A stretch of 64,000 bases of DNA from assembly GCA_051000815.1 (NCBI GenBank), contig JBPCNX010000025.1:721-64720 (forward strand), read 5' to 3'. The notes under the pieces are model-generated. The model was given only the letters and a program-made list of their open reading frames with translations. It was not told where the DNA came from and made no database searches. Origin of the DNA: Pyrinomonadaceae bacterium. GTDB lineage: Bacteria; Acidobacteriota; Blastocatellia; Pyrinomonadales; Pyrinomonadaceae. Position numbers and translations under genes: made by a program. Positions 54,823 to 64,000 of the stretch are shown here, in pieces; the stretch's first letter is position 1; each line of letters opens with the position of its first letter.

Positions 54823-57800
54823 AATGATCCGCGACCCATCGACGGCCCGCAGCACAGACGCGCAGGAAGCTGCACATCCGGCAGTGCCTGGCCGGATGCA
54901 CGGGAAAGTCTTCCGGATGGCATGACGCGATAATCCTATGCATTGCTGCATCTATTGCTTCGGCGCACGCCGTGGGCTCCAATAAGGCAGCGGACAAGGC
55001 CCACTCGACATTGGGATGGAGAAAGTGAAGCGTCACCTTAATTCTGCCGGCCCTGGCGAGATCCGGCATCAACTCCTGAACTGCAAGTGCATACGCTTGC
55101 ATTTGCAGTTGGTAGTCGAAAGCAGCCAGCCGGACTTCTTGTTCCAGCGCAGGCAACGGGGATTCGGCTACGTCTCTTCCGTCTCCCGTTTCAATCTTCT
55201 CTTTGGAGGTAGTTTCAGAAAAGTTCAACTCAAACTGTTGCGTGCCGGCTTCAAACTGGGAGCGCGGGCGGTGCGGGGTCCCCAGCGGGGCAGCCCCGCT
55301 GGGGTGCTTTATCGCCCGCCTGGTTGCCACGGCATCAGATTGAGTCGGCGGTGCGTGGGTTTGCGCAGCTTGCGCCTTTGCTGCCGTTGAGACGATCGCT
55401 CCATGTTGAACCCTCAGGTCCTGACCTGACGCGCCGATGCGATTAGTTTTGAAGTCGATGATCTCAATCTCAAAGCCGCCAGCTGGCGCCGGATAGATTA
55501 GGAGCTTATCAATCGTACCGGTCAGTATTCCCTTCGGCCGTCGCAGACGAAAGCTGAGTTCACTCCAGAGGCCAGCTTCGTTACCTGGCAAGGGCCGGGG
55601 TGCTCTGCCGCTCAACCTTCTCGCCTGCTCAACTCGTTGAAAGACGTCACTTGAAAGATAGTTCTGCGCGAGGGGCCACAATTCTTTCAGCGCCTGATCG
55701 GCGTTGATGTCTTCGAGTCGATCGGCGAGTTGCGCCTGACGGGAACGAATCACGTCTGCGAAACTGGTTCTTAATCGTTCCTCGGGAACGTCGCCGGGTG
55801 AATATGTTTCGCAAAAGCGGTGAATCACCGCACCCTTTAACGTCGCATTGAGATTAGCGGGAGGTTCGGGAGCTTCGGCGTTGTTCCAGACGGCAAGCTC
55901 GTCCGCGGAAGGAACTCGCAACACGCGCTCAAAGTAATACTGCCGGGGACAGCGCTGGTAGTTAATCAGTTGCGTGACGCTGAAGCGCTGGACTGCGTTT
56001 GCGATTCCGGGCGGGATTGAACGCAGCAACGGAAAGGCTTCCTTCAGCGAGCCGGCTGATTCAGGGACCTGCGGAGCCGCCCTTTCGCTGTACGTCGGCG
56101 CTTCAGTCATCGCAGTAGGATTCAGTGTCAGGAGCATCTCGACGCCATCCGCTAGTTCAACAACACCGCTTTGCGATCTGGTTTCCAGTCCCAACGATTG
56201 CCAGATCCATTTAAGCCAGGTGTCTGTTTTCACATTGAGGCTGGCGAAGTCTTTAGTCGTGCCGGAAAAGATCAACCGGTCTTCAGCGCGCGTCGCCGCA
56301 ACGTAGAGCAGGCGCATGCTCTCAAATTCTTCGCGCCAGCCGTTGCGTTGTTCGAAGTTACTGAAACTGGAACCAGCGACGAGTTTGCCACGCCCATCCG
56401 GCACCTTCAGCGTCAACCCGCGATGCCGGTCGAGCAAAAACCAGTTATCAGGAACTCTGGAGTAACGCTGCAACTCGGGAATGATTATGATTGGGAACTC
56501 GAGACCTTTGGCCTGATGGATCGTCATAAGCCGGACGGCATTCGCCGCTTCATCGATTTGTCCTTCGCTTTCGCGGCTGCCAATTGCCTCGAAGTCTGCG
56601 ACGTAGCGCACGAAGTCTCGAATCAAATAATTACCCGACTGTTCGAAACGCGCAGCGAGCGTGAAGAGGCGCTCAATGTTGGCGAGGCGTTGAGCGCCGT
56701 CGAAGTTGGCAGCGACCACCGTTGGATATTCCGACTCTTCGACGGCGTAACGTAGAAGATCAGTAAGCGAGTAATGGTGTCGACGCGCTACCAGTGCGCT
56801 GATCAGACTTGCAGCCCGGTCTAGCAGTTCATGTTCGGCGTCGCTGATGTGAGCGATCTCGCGATGCCGGCGCACTGCGGTAAAGAGCCGGCGGGTTTGG
56901 GTGAAGTGGCGGACTGGATCGCCGGTGCCGACGTCTTTCAACCAGGGCGCGCAACGAAGTGCGAGCAGCGCATTGTCGGATAGGCCGGCCAGCGGTGAAC
57001 GAAGAACCGCGGCAAGTGCCAATTCATCTGTCTTGTTGTCGAGAAAGCGGAGTAACTGGATGAGGTCGGTGATTTCTTCGCGTTCATAGAAACCTCGGCC
57101 CAGGACCGTTTGATACGGAATGTTTGCCCGCCGAAAAGCCGACTCATAAATCTGCACGTTAGTCATCGCGCGGAACAGGAGGGCAATGTCGCTGAACCGC
57201 GGAGCCCGGACGCTGCGAGTGTGGACACCGAGATCGCTAATGCTGGGATCGCGGGCGTCTCGCCCGCTTCCTGGTTCAGCCGCTACTTGAGAGAGGACCT
57301 CACTTGATGCGGGCGGGACGCCCGCGGTCCCAGTATTCGCGGTCCGCGTATCAGCAATCCCAGCGTCAGCGGTCGCAGTATCCAGGCTCTGCGGATCAAC
57401 CAGAGCGCGTATCCTTCGAGCCAACTGTTCGGCATCAAGCTCGCGAGAAGTTTGTTCAGCCTTTGGATCGCCGGCTTCGTTCGCCGCGTCAACCGGAGTT
57501 TCCGTCGAGACTATTAACTCTACAAGCGGACCACTGTCGCGTAGTTTACGTTTCGCCTCGCTTGGCTCGTGCGCGACGTAGCCCAGTTCATTGCGTTCCT
57601 GCTGCGAAACGTCTTCCTTCGGTTCAAAGAGGCGTTCGAAAAGATAGTTAAAGAAGTTGACCAAAGGTGGTTGACTGCGGAAATTCAGCAACAGCGGTTG
57701 CGACCGACCTCCTGCCTTGTTCAAGGTCTCGCTCATCTCGCGAAAGACATCGACATCGGCGCCGCGGAATCCATAAATTGATTGCTTGCGATCGCCGACA

Positions 57801-58993
57801 ATGAACAGGTTCGCTTGTTCGCGCCTGCTCTTCTGCAGCGCCAACCTTTCCAACAACTCGCGCTGGAGGCCGTTTGTGTCCTGGAATTCGTCAACCAGGA
57901 AAAACTTGTAACGTTCGGCCGCGCGCGTTATCACTTCCGGACGTTGCAGCAGTTCGAGCGCTTTCAATTCCAGATCGTCAAAATCAAGCGCCGACATCTT
58001 TTGTTTTTCCTCGTTGAGGCGTTCGTCAATGCGATTGAGCACATTGATCAACTCGAGCGCGTATTGTCTCGCGAAGAGATCAAGACAGAGTTGCGGCACC
58101 CTTCCTGCGAGATCTTTCTCCCAGACCAACTCGTCCAACGCTCTCACATGATTGGTGAAGTCGCCGCGTGCCTGGGGACGCACTTTACGAAAACCTTCGA
58201 CGGTGCGGCAGTAGTCCGCCAGGCTTTCAGGCGCGGGAATGGTTTGCAGCAGTGGTTCCAGTGCGGCCCAGCCGGCCGCAACTTCACTTTGATTGGCTCT
58301 TTGCGACGAGGTGGTGCGGCGCAGTCTTAGAAAACCCTTCATGCCCTCCGCGAGCTTACCCAGTGCCTCAGTGTGATGCGCTTCTGTCGCATGACTGCGC
58401 GCGGTCATCACTTTGAGGTCGTTCAATGACAAACCCTGGCCGCGCACTTCGCGATACATTTGCGCGAGGGCCGTCGCCAATTTGCCGCGTCCAACCCCAA
58501 GCGTAAGTGCGGAGATCTTTACGTGTCCGGAGACAATGAATTCCCGCAGCACTTCTTCCACGACGGAATCCAAAAGCATCGCGGCACGATGCTCGTCGAG
58601 CAGCAGGAACTGAGGATCTACGCGCGCTTCGACAGGAAACTCGCGCAAGAGTCGCGCGCAAAAACCGTGAATCGTAGTGATCACGGCGCCGTCGAGCGTA
58701 CGTTTGTAACCGAGCCATTGTTTGCGCTGTTCCGCGGACGAATTTTGCAGCAGGTGGTTGAGTTGTTCTCTGAGACGCTCGCGCATCTCATTGGCAGCGC
58801 GGTTGGTGAAGGTGATTGCGACGATCTGATCGATCGAAAGTTTGTGTTGGAGCAGGATATGAAGATAACGCTCGACCAATACGGTCGTCTTGCCTGAGCC
58901 GGGCCCGGCAGTCACCGAGATGTGACGATCAATCGTGTGGGCGGCCGCAGCCTGCTCGGGTTGTAACTCTCGTTTTGGTTTTTGTGAAGACAT
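54821..58993 (-). CDS. addA: AddA-type ATP-dependent helicase/nuclease (UvrD-like motor + PD-(D/E)xK nuclease)
   Basis: 1390 aa with Walker A (GPGSGKTTVLVER), UvrD motifs (VDEFQDTN, IHQAKGLEF) and a C-terminal nuclease domain with four Cys (YQRCPRQYYF...HCRMCSFLRVC). Confidence 0.85.
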   Translation of the reverse strand: MSSQKPKRELQPEQAAAAHTIDRHISVTAGPGSGKTTVLVERYLHILLQHKLSIDQIVAITFTNRAANEMRERLREQLNHLLQNSSAEQRKQWLGYKRTLDGAVITTIHGFCARLLREFPVEARVDPQFLLLDEHRAAMLLDSVVEEVLREFIVSGHVKISALTLGVGRGKLATALAQMYREVRGQGLSLNDLKVMTARSHATEAHHTEALGKLAEGMKGFLRLRRTTSSQRANQSEVAAGWAALEPLLQTIPAPESLADYCRTVEGFRKVRPQARGDFTNHVRALDELVWEKDLAGRVPQLCLDLFARQYALELINVLNRIDERLNEEKQKMSALDFDDLELKALELLQRPEVITRAAERYKFFLVDEFQDTNGLQRELLERLALQKSRREQANLFIVGDRKQSIYGFRGADVDVFREMSETLNKAGGRSQPLLLNFRSQPPLVNFFNYLFERLFEPKEDVSQQERNELGYVAHEPSEAKRKLRDSGPLVELIVSTETPVDAANEAGDPKAEQTSRELDAEQLARRIRALVDPQSLDTATADAGIADTRTANTGTAGVPPASSEVLSQVAAEPGSGRDARDPSISDLGVHTRSVRAPRFSDIALLFRAMTNVQIYESAFRRANIPYQTVLGRGFYEREEITDLIQLLRFLDNKTDELALAAVLRSPLAGLSDNALLALRCAPWLKDVGTGDPVRHFTQTRRLFTAVRRHREIAHISDAEHELLDRAASLISALVARRHHYSLTDLLRYAVEESEYPTVVAANFDGAQRLANIERLFTLAARFEQSGNYLIRDFVRYVADFEAIGSRESEGQIDEAANAVRLMTIHQAKGLEFPIIIIPELQRYSRVPDNWFLLDRHRGLTLKVPDGRGKLVAGSSFSNFEQRNGWREEFESMRLLYVAATRAEDRLIFSGTTKDFASLNVKTDTWLKWIWQSLGLETRSQSGVVELADGVEMLLTLNPTAMTEAPTYSERAAPQVPESAGSLKEAFPLLRSIPPGIANAVQRFSVTQLINYQRCPRQYYFERVLRVPSADELAVWNNAEAPEPPANLNATLKGAVIHRFCETYSPGDVPEERLRTSFADVIRSRQAQLADRLEDINADQALKELWPLAQNYLSSDVFQRVEQARRLSGRAPRPLPGNEAGLWSELSFRLRRPKGILTGTIDKLLIYPAPAGGFEIEIIDFKTNRIGASGQDLRVQHGAIVSTAAKAQAAQTHAPPTQSDAVATRRAIKHPSGAAPLGTPHRPRSQFEAGTQQFELNFSETTSKEKIETGDGRDVAESPLPALEQEVRLAAFDYQLQMQAYALAVQELMPDLARAGRIKVTLHFLHPNVEWALSAALLEPTACAEAIDAAMHRIIASCHPEDFPVHPARHCRMCSFLRVCAAGRRWVADH

Positions 58994-59069
58994 TAGTATG
59001 AAATCGATCCGCAGATTGCGCAGGTTACACAGATCAGATGGATCCGAGTTTGCGCAATGTAAGAGTGAT

Positions 59070-62000
59070 TCAGTCAGAATTTACATCTGTGGAATCGGTG
59101 TAATCTGCGGATAGTTTTTTTCTCTCGATCCGATACTGGTCGTAGCGGCAAACCGCGGCGAAGTCACAAAAACGGCACGTCTTCTTTTTCTCAGATGGCT
59201 CCACAGCGAAATGCCCGGCGCGCATCCCATCAAGAAAGTTCCACACTTTCGCGGTGACGTCGGCGCGAATCTGCAGCCACTCGTCATCGCTGATTACCGC
59301 ACCTGCTCGCGTACTAATTCCGGAATAGCCGGCAACGCTGGCGCGATGCAAACCTTTATTTCGACGCTCGTTTCCACCACGAATCACGTAGTAGCCCCCG
59401 CCGGCGACCGGCTGGTTCGGGAAGATCAATTTTTCAAGCGCTTCGAGGTAAATCGGCAACTGCAAACTACGCCCAGCCTTGATGTCTTCCTTGCTTGAAC
59501 CAGTCGACAGTTTGTAGTCGTAAGCGATCAATGTTTGATCGGCAGCGGCATCGACGCGATCGATCTGCCCGCTGATTCTCATTGTTTCCTCGCCGACAAA
59601 GGTAGCCCGGGACAACTCCAGTGGTTCACTTTTCGAGCCAGGATCCTTAACGCTCGTGGACTTCATCCCAAACGCAACCTCGAAGTACGCGGGGACAACG
59701 CCGCGGGGCGCGGCCTTCTCCTGCACCTCGAGCTCATACAAGAGCACCTGGTCGAGCAGGATCTTGCGAATCTCCCGGTCAATCTTCCAAATCTGTTTGT
59801 TGAGCGGCGGCACCACACGCTCGTGTTCATCGAAGACCTTGTCGGCGAGATCACGTAATTCTTTTTGCAGCACGCCGCGATCGATTTGGTGCAAAGGCTG
59901 GCGGCGATGTCGCTCGAAAAAGCGCCGCAGAATGTCGTGCAGCAGCTTGCCGGCATCGATAGCCTGAAGATCGAGGGCCACTTCGCCGCGCGGTTCCAGT
60001 TTCAAAACCCGCTGGCCAAAAAAGCGATAGGCACAATTGCCGTAGACGCTTAGTCCGCTCGCGCTATGCACAAAGTCCGGGCCGAATCTTTGATTCAAGA
60101 GCGCAATGAGGTGTGGATCGGTAATCTCGCCATCATAAGGTCCGAACTCCCGGCTGGCGCGTTCTCTTTCAATCTCAATGCGGCGTAGTGCTGAGTCGCT
60201 GACGAAGCCATCGTTGCGCGCGAGAGTCAACAACCTCTTAACGCGCGGCTGTGGCAACAAGTCTACAGTGTCATGGTGGATGCGCCGCTCCTGCTGTCGC
60301 ACGAGGGCGATGTTAAGTTCAGCGGTCCGCGACACCCAAGGCAATTGCCTGCCGTCGTAATCGCGCCTGATAGGCTCGGCTTTAATTTTTAGTGGAGCTA
60401 CAGCGCGGCGCAGCTCGTCGATGTAGTAAGAAGCGACGGTTTCCGCATCGTCTTGCAACACCAGGGGCCGGGTAAGATAAAGACGTTCGGTAGCGCGGCA
60501 GGCGGCCTGATAGAAGTAATGCTCTTCTTTCAAGAGCGTCGCCGGCGAGATGTCTTCGAGCGTCAACCCATATTGCTTCAATCGCTCGCGCTCTTCGTGC
60601 GGATAGATCCAGTCGCGCGAAGCGCGCAAGGGAAAGCCACCTTCAACCAACCCTGCGATGAAGACGGCGCGGAAGCGCAAACCGCGAACATCGGTAACTT
60701 CAAAAACGCGCAAGCCGCGGGTGTCAGCGGCGGCGGAGAGTTGCGTTTGAGAGCTAAGCGAGCGACGAACCTCCTCGATATAGCTTGCGAGTTTGGTTTG
60801 CGAGGGCGGCGCCAGGGAACTCCACGCAACCTCAATTGACTTGCCGGCGGCCAGGAAAGCACGTCGCAGAGCTTCGAGGCTATTGAAGTTAAGCAGCGCC
60901 TGCGGCAACTCGCGATCGGAAACTTCACTTCTGATGGGTCGCGCGACCTGTTCGCGAAAATTGAATTGGTCAAGCAGCATTACCAAGGCGCGACGAAGCT
61001 CTGCCGGGTTCCCCACGAGAGGAACGGCACGAAGGTGACTGACGAACTCGTTAATTATCAGGGAGGCCCAGAAGATCGACGCTGGATGCACATCGCGCGA
61101 GGGACGGCGTTTCTTCTCGACAGTCTTTTCTTCCAGCTTTGCTGTTTCCGCGTTTTCTACCTGATCGGCCTCGTCGGGATCGCGGGCTTGTTCAGAAGTT
61201 TCAATATTCAAAAGCTCTTTGGTCGACTCCGCGCTTGGCAGCTCTCGGATCAACCTATCAGCCCGTTTCACCCACTCGCTCAAATGAAGCTCACTGCCGA
61301 CGTAGGCAAAAGTGTTCTCGAGGGTGTCAGCATCCCAAACGCCGATGCGATATTGTCTTCGCAGTGTTTCCCGCAGTTCGGCGGGAGATTGTCCCTCGAT
61401 GGCGAGGAGATGCAGACCCTGGGCTTCGAATTGTGATGCGAGGGCGTCGAGTGCATCCTGATCCAACCGGAAATATTCTGACTTGATGAGATCGGCCAAC
61501 TCCGAAACACGTGGATTCGCAGGCTCGTCGGGAGTCAGGTCCTCAAGAACAGCGAAAAGTTTGAGCGCCGCTCGCAATGCCGGAATGTCGTTGACCTCAA
61601 CGCGCGACTCCAAATTGCAGGGCAAGGATTCCTCGCGCAGGACCCGGGCAACCGTTTCCGAATAGGAGGCGCGCTGGCGCACTACCAGCCCAATGTCTTT
61701 CAGGCTGTAGCCTTCGCGCAGGACAAGTTGTTTGATCTCCTTGGCGATTGCGCGAATCTCGGTGTCGCGGTCGCCGCATTCGAAGTATCTGATCTCGGCG
61801 GCTTGCTCGGCGTGTTCGTCAGCCACTGTTGGCGGCGTTAAAGCCGGATTGAAGAGATTCACACGGAGATTTGCCAGGGCGCCGTGTGCTGGAGCGGGAG
61901 CTTCAGTACTGGTTTTGGTTACAAAGGACTCGATACCTGCGAGGTGATCGATGGTGTCTTTAAAGGGCCGGAAGATCTCCGGGTTTCGTTCATCGTGATT

Positions 62001-62789
62001 CAGATTAACAACTACATTGGGCACGCGTGGAATGAGTTGTCGAAGGATTTCGCCTTGCACGGGCGTAAAGTCGAAGAACCCGTCGAGTACCAGCAGCTCC
62101 ACGTTCGCCAGCCAGGGAAGTTGCAGCTGTTCGCCGTCAAGTTCTCCCTTGAGGACTGCGAGCGCGCGCATTTGATCCGCGTCGGCTTCCGTTAGTTTGT
62201 GGCGACGCAGCAGATCGGCATAGGTCGAATAGATCAGCGCCACCTCTTTATCAAAATCGATTTGCCGGGCAATGTCTGCGGCTACAGCGTCGGTTGGTGC
62301 GAGGTCTGCGAGGCGAGCTGCGACAATCTCTGAAATTTCGTCCGACGACTTCGCAGCGCGTTCGATTTCTCCGATTAGCGTGGCGATTGTATTGACGCAG
62401 CCTTCACGTCTGGCTAAGGGACCAATTGCCTTCAGTTGGCCGGTGGCCGAGAGCCGTATGAGAATTTGCGAGACCAGACTTCGTTCTAAGGGCAATTCGT
62501 CCTGATCGATTGGCAGGCTCGGCGGGATTGTTTGACCGGAGGCGTCTACGGCGGTCGACAGGAGCCTTCTAACAAAACCACGAAAGAGGTATACGGGCAG
62601 TTCGTTCCAAAGTCCGCGATTGGTGACGCCGTCAAGTATTCCCTGCGTAACGAGTTCGAGCAGGGGATGAGAGGCTGCCAGGTAGAGGAAACGATCAGCC
62701 TTGTTGGCTGCGACCATCTCGGCGCCTCGCTCGATCAATCGCGACCGATTGTTGCCGAGGAGAGGACCTAACCAGATTTCTTTAGACAT
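59070..62789 (-). CDS. addB: AddB-type helicase-nuclease subunit (degenerate motor, Fe-S nuclease domain)
   Basis: 1239 aa, directly upstream of addA. The N-terminus has no intact Walker A (GPLLGNNRS). The C-terminal RecB-like nuclease has GNCAYRFF...CRFCDFAAVC. Confidence 0.8.
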   Translation of the reverse strand: MSKEIWLGPLLGNNRSRLIERGAEMVAANKADRFLYLAASHPLLELVTQGILDGVTNRGLWNELPVYLFRGFVRRLLSTAVDASGQTIPPSLPIDQDELPLERSLVSQILIRLSATGQLKAIGPLARREGCVNTIATLIGEIERAAKSSDEISEIVAARLADLAPTDAVAADIARQIDFDKEVALIYSTYADLLRRHKLTEADADQMRALAVLKGELDGEQLQLPWLANVELLVLDGFFDFTPVQGEILRQLIPRVPNVVVNLNHDERNPEIFRPFKDTIDHLAGIESFVTKTSTEAPAPAHGALANLRVNLFNPALTPPTVADEHAEQAAEIRYFECGDRDTEIRAIAKEIKQLVLREGYSLKDIGLVVRQRASYSETVARVLREESLPCNLESRVEVNDIPALRAALKLFAVLEDLTPDEPANPRVSELADLIKSEYFRLDQDALDALASQFEAQGLHLLAIEGQSPAELRETLRRQYRIGVWDADTLENTFAYVGSELHLSEWVKRADRLIRELPSAESTKELLNIETSEQARDPDEADQVENAETAKLEEKTVEKKRRPSRDVHPASIFWASLIINEFVSHLRAVPLVGNPAELRRALVMLLDQFNFREQVARPIRSEVSDRELPQALLNFNSLEALRRAFLAAGKSIEVAWSSLAPPSQTKLASYIEEVRRSLSSQTQLSAAADTRGLRVFEVTDVRGLRFRAVFIAGLVEGGFPLRASRDWIYPHEERERLKQYGLTLEDISPATLLKEEHYFYQAACRATERLYLTRPLVLQDDAETVASYYIDELRRAVAPLKIKAEPIRRDYDGRQLPWVSRTAELNIALVRQQERRIHHDTVDLLPQPRVKRLLTLARNDGFVSDSALRRIEIERERASREFGPYDGEITDPHLIALLNQRFGPDFVHSASGLSVYGNCAYRFFGQRVLKLEPRGEVALDLQAIDAGKLLHDILRRFFERHRRQPLHQIDRGVLQKELRDLADKVFDEHERVVPPLNKQIWKIDREIRKILLDQVLLYELEVQEKAAPRGVVPAYFEVAFGMKSTSVKDPGSKSEPLELSRATFVGEETMRISGQIDRVDAAADQTLIAYDYKLSTGSSKEDIKAGRSLQLPIYLEALEKLIFPNQPVAGGGYYVIRGGNERRNKGLHRASVAGYSGISTRAGAVISDDEWLQIRADVTAKVWNFLDGMRAGHFAVEPSEKKKTCRFCDFAAVCRYDQYRIERKKLSADYTDSTDVNSD

Positions 62790-62795
62790 CTTTCT

Positions 62796-62912
62796 CCACA
62801 GATTACGCAGATTTCACAGATTTCAGAAAGCATCCATCGAGTCAAGTGCAGATCATAGGTTGCGTGAGCGTGTTTGGGTGCGGGTCTGTGTAATCTGTGT
62901 AATCTGCGGATA
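62796..62912. repeat. inverted arms of CAGATTA/CAGATTT words between rmuC and addB
   Basis: The left arm is ccacagattacgcagatttcacagatttcag. The right arm is gtctgtgtaatctgtgtaatctgcggata. Related blocks occur at 59005-59046 and 59084-59113. Confidence 0.8.
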
Positions 62913-62916
62913 ACTT

Positions 62917-64000
62917 TCAGTCTTCTCTAACGCCTCCAATCTTTGAACTCAGAAGGGGCATTGAATCATCTTCCGGCGTTTCAGATTGAACTTCTGCCGC
63001 CACGAGATCGGGAAACAAACCGCCTTCATCCAAACTGAGTGGACGGGTCGCCTTGTCGATCGGTTCCACTATCTCGATCTCTTCTCCAGCAATCGCGCCC
63101 CGCTCCTTAAACTTTCGTGCTGTTACCAGCACGCGTGCTTCGAGCGAACCGACACCCTTATTGTAGGAATCGAGCGCCCGATCGAGACCGCGGCCGATGT
63201 CGGCGAAATAGCTGGTGAATGTGCGGAGTCGATCGTAAAGGTCTTTGCCAAGCTTGCTGACTTCCTGCGCGTTAGCGGCCATTTGTTCCTGCCGCCAACC
63301 ATAAGAAACGGCCTTGAGCAAGGCAATCAACGTCGTGGGGGTAGCAATGATGACTCCCTGGCCTACGCCGTCTTCAATGAGTTTGGGATCGATTTCCAGG
63401 GCCGCGCTGTAGAAGGTTTCACCTGGCAGGAAAAGCAGTACAAACTCCGGAGTTGGTTGTACAGATTCCCAGTAGGATTTCTTGCTCAAAGAGCCAATGT
63501 GCGTGCGCACCAGCCTTGCGTGATCTTTTAGTTTCGCACTTCGGATTACATCGTCGGTCGTGGATATTGATTCGTAAAAAGCGTCGAAGGGAACCTTTGC
63601 GTCGATGACAATTGTGCGGTTGCCGGGAAGGCGAATGATGACATCCGGACGAATTCGTCCGTCAGCCGTGATAACCGTTTCCTGTTCGACGAAGTCGCAA
63701 TATTGAAGCATACCCGCGAGCTCAACGACGCGCCGCAGCTGGATTTCCCCCCAGCGACCGCGTACGTGCGGCGCCCGCAAAGCGTTAACCAGATTGCCCG
63801 TCTCCGCCTGAAGCTGCACTTGAGAAGTCGCTAGCGCTTTCACCTGTTCACGCAACTCGGAGTAGGCCCCAGCTCGAGCCTTCTCCATCTCGCCAATTTT
63901 GGAATCAACTCTTTCGAGCGAGTCCTTCAGCGGTCTTACCAATTCATCGATCGCTTTTTGCTTGAGTTCGAGATCTCCTTTCGCGCCCTGTTGAAATTTT
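62917..64000 (-). CDS. rmuC: DNA recombination protein RmuC; 5' end runs off the window
   Basis: The frame stays open to the window edge (…KGDLELKQKAIDELVRPLKDSLERVDSKIGEMEKARAGAY…). It has a coiled-coil region followed by a nuclease-like core (VIIRLPGNRTIVIDAKVP), which is typical of RmuC. Confidence 0.85.
   Translation of the reverse strand, partial: KFQQGAKGDLELKQKAIDELVRPLKDSLERVDSKIGEMEKARAGAYSELREQVKALATSQVQLQAETGNLVNALRAPHVRGRWGEIQLRRVVELAGMLQYCDFVEQETVITADGRIRPDVIIRLPGNRTIVIDAKVPFDAFYESISTTDDVIRSAKLKDHARLVRTHIGSLSKKSYWESVQPTPEFVLLFLPGETFYSAALEIDPKLIEDGVGQGVIIATPTTLIALLKAVSYGWRQEQMAANAQEVSKLGKDLYDRLRTFTSYFADIGRGLDRALDSYNKGVGSLEARVLVTARKFKERGAIAGEEIEIVEPIDKATRPLSLDEGGLFPDLVAAEVQSETPEDDSMPLLSSKIGGVRED

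Overview
This is a 64-kb chromosomal window, about 55% GC by eye. It is most likely from an Acidobacteriota genome, judging by a TIGR03436-type VWFA protein, a tricorn protease with three amidohydrolases, and many intergenic hairpins built from tandem 7-8-nt 'words'. Most of the window is housekeeping and lies mainly on the minus strand: cdaA-cdaR-glmM, a CDF transporter, an M50 protease, an mreB-like gene, an FHA-GAF-cyclase, dacB, a GT9 transferase, gpmI, eno, a CNNM transporter, carD, uvrC, tRNA-Arg(ACG), yggX, bcp, addBA and rmuC. The accessory part is a more AT-rich, plus-strand defence operon at 23.87-32.75 kb. It is a type I R-M system (hsdM, hsdS ... hsdR) with extra genes packed between S and R. 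The first extra gene is a Shedu/DUF4263 nuclease whose C-terminus ends in the SSB-tail hexapeptide DDDIPF. Next is a DUF3800 gene translationally coupled (ATGA overlap) to a 171-aa ORF I cannot place; this pair is my best candidate for an undescribed defence module. After these come a frameshifted remnant of a second hsdR 5' end, an orphan hicB and a hicA C-terminal fragment. Outside the island, the most unusual signal is a set of nested palindromic or word-repeat elements. They sit exactly between stop and start codons and twice lie inside coding sequence (addA and an amidohydrolase N-terminus). I found no rRNA, CRISPR array, integrase or transposase. All family assignments come from motif recognition by eye; no database search was run.
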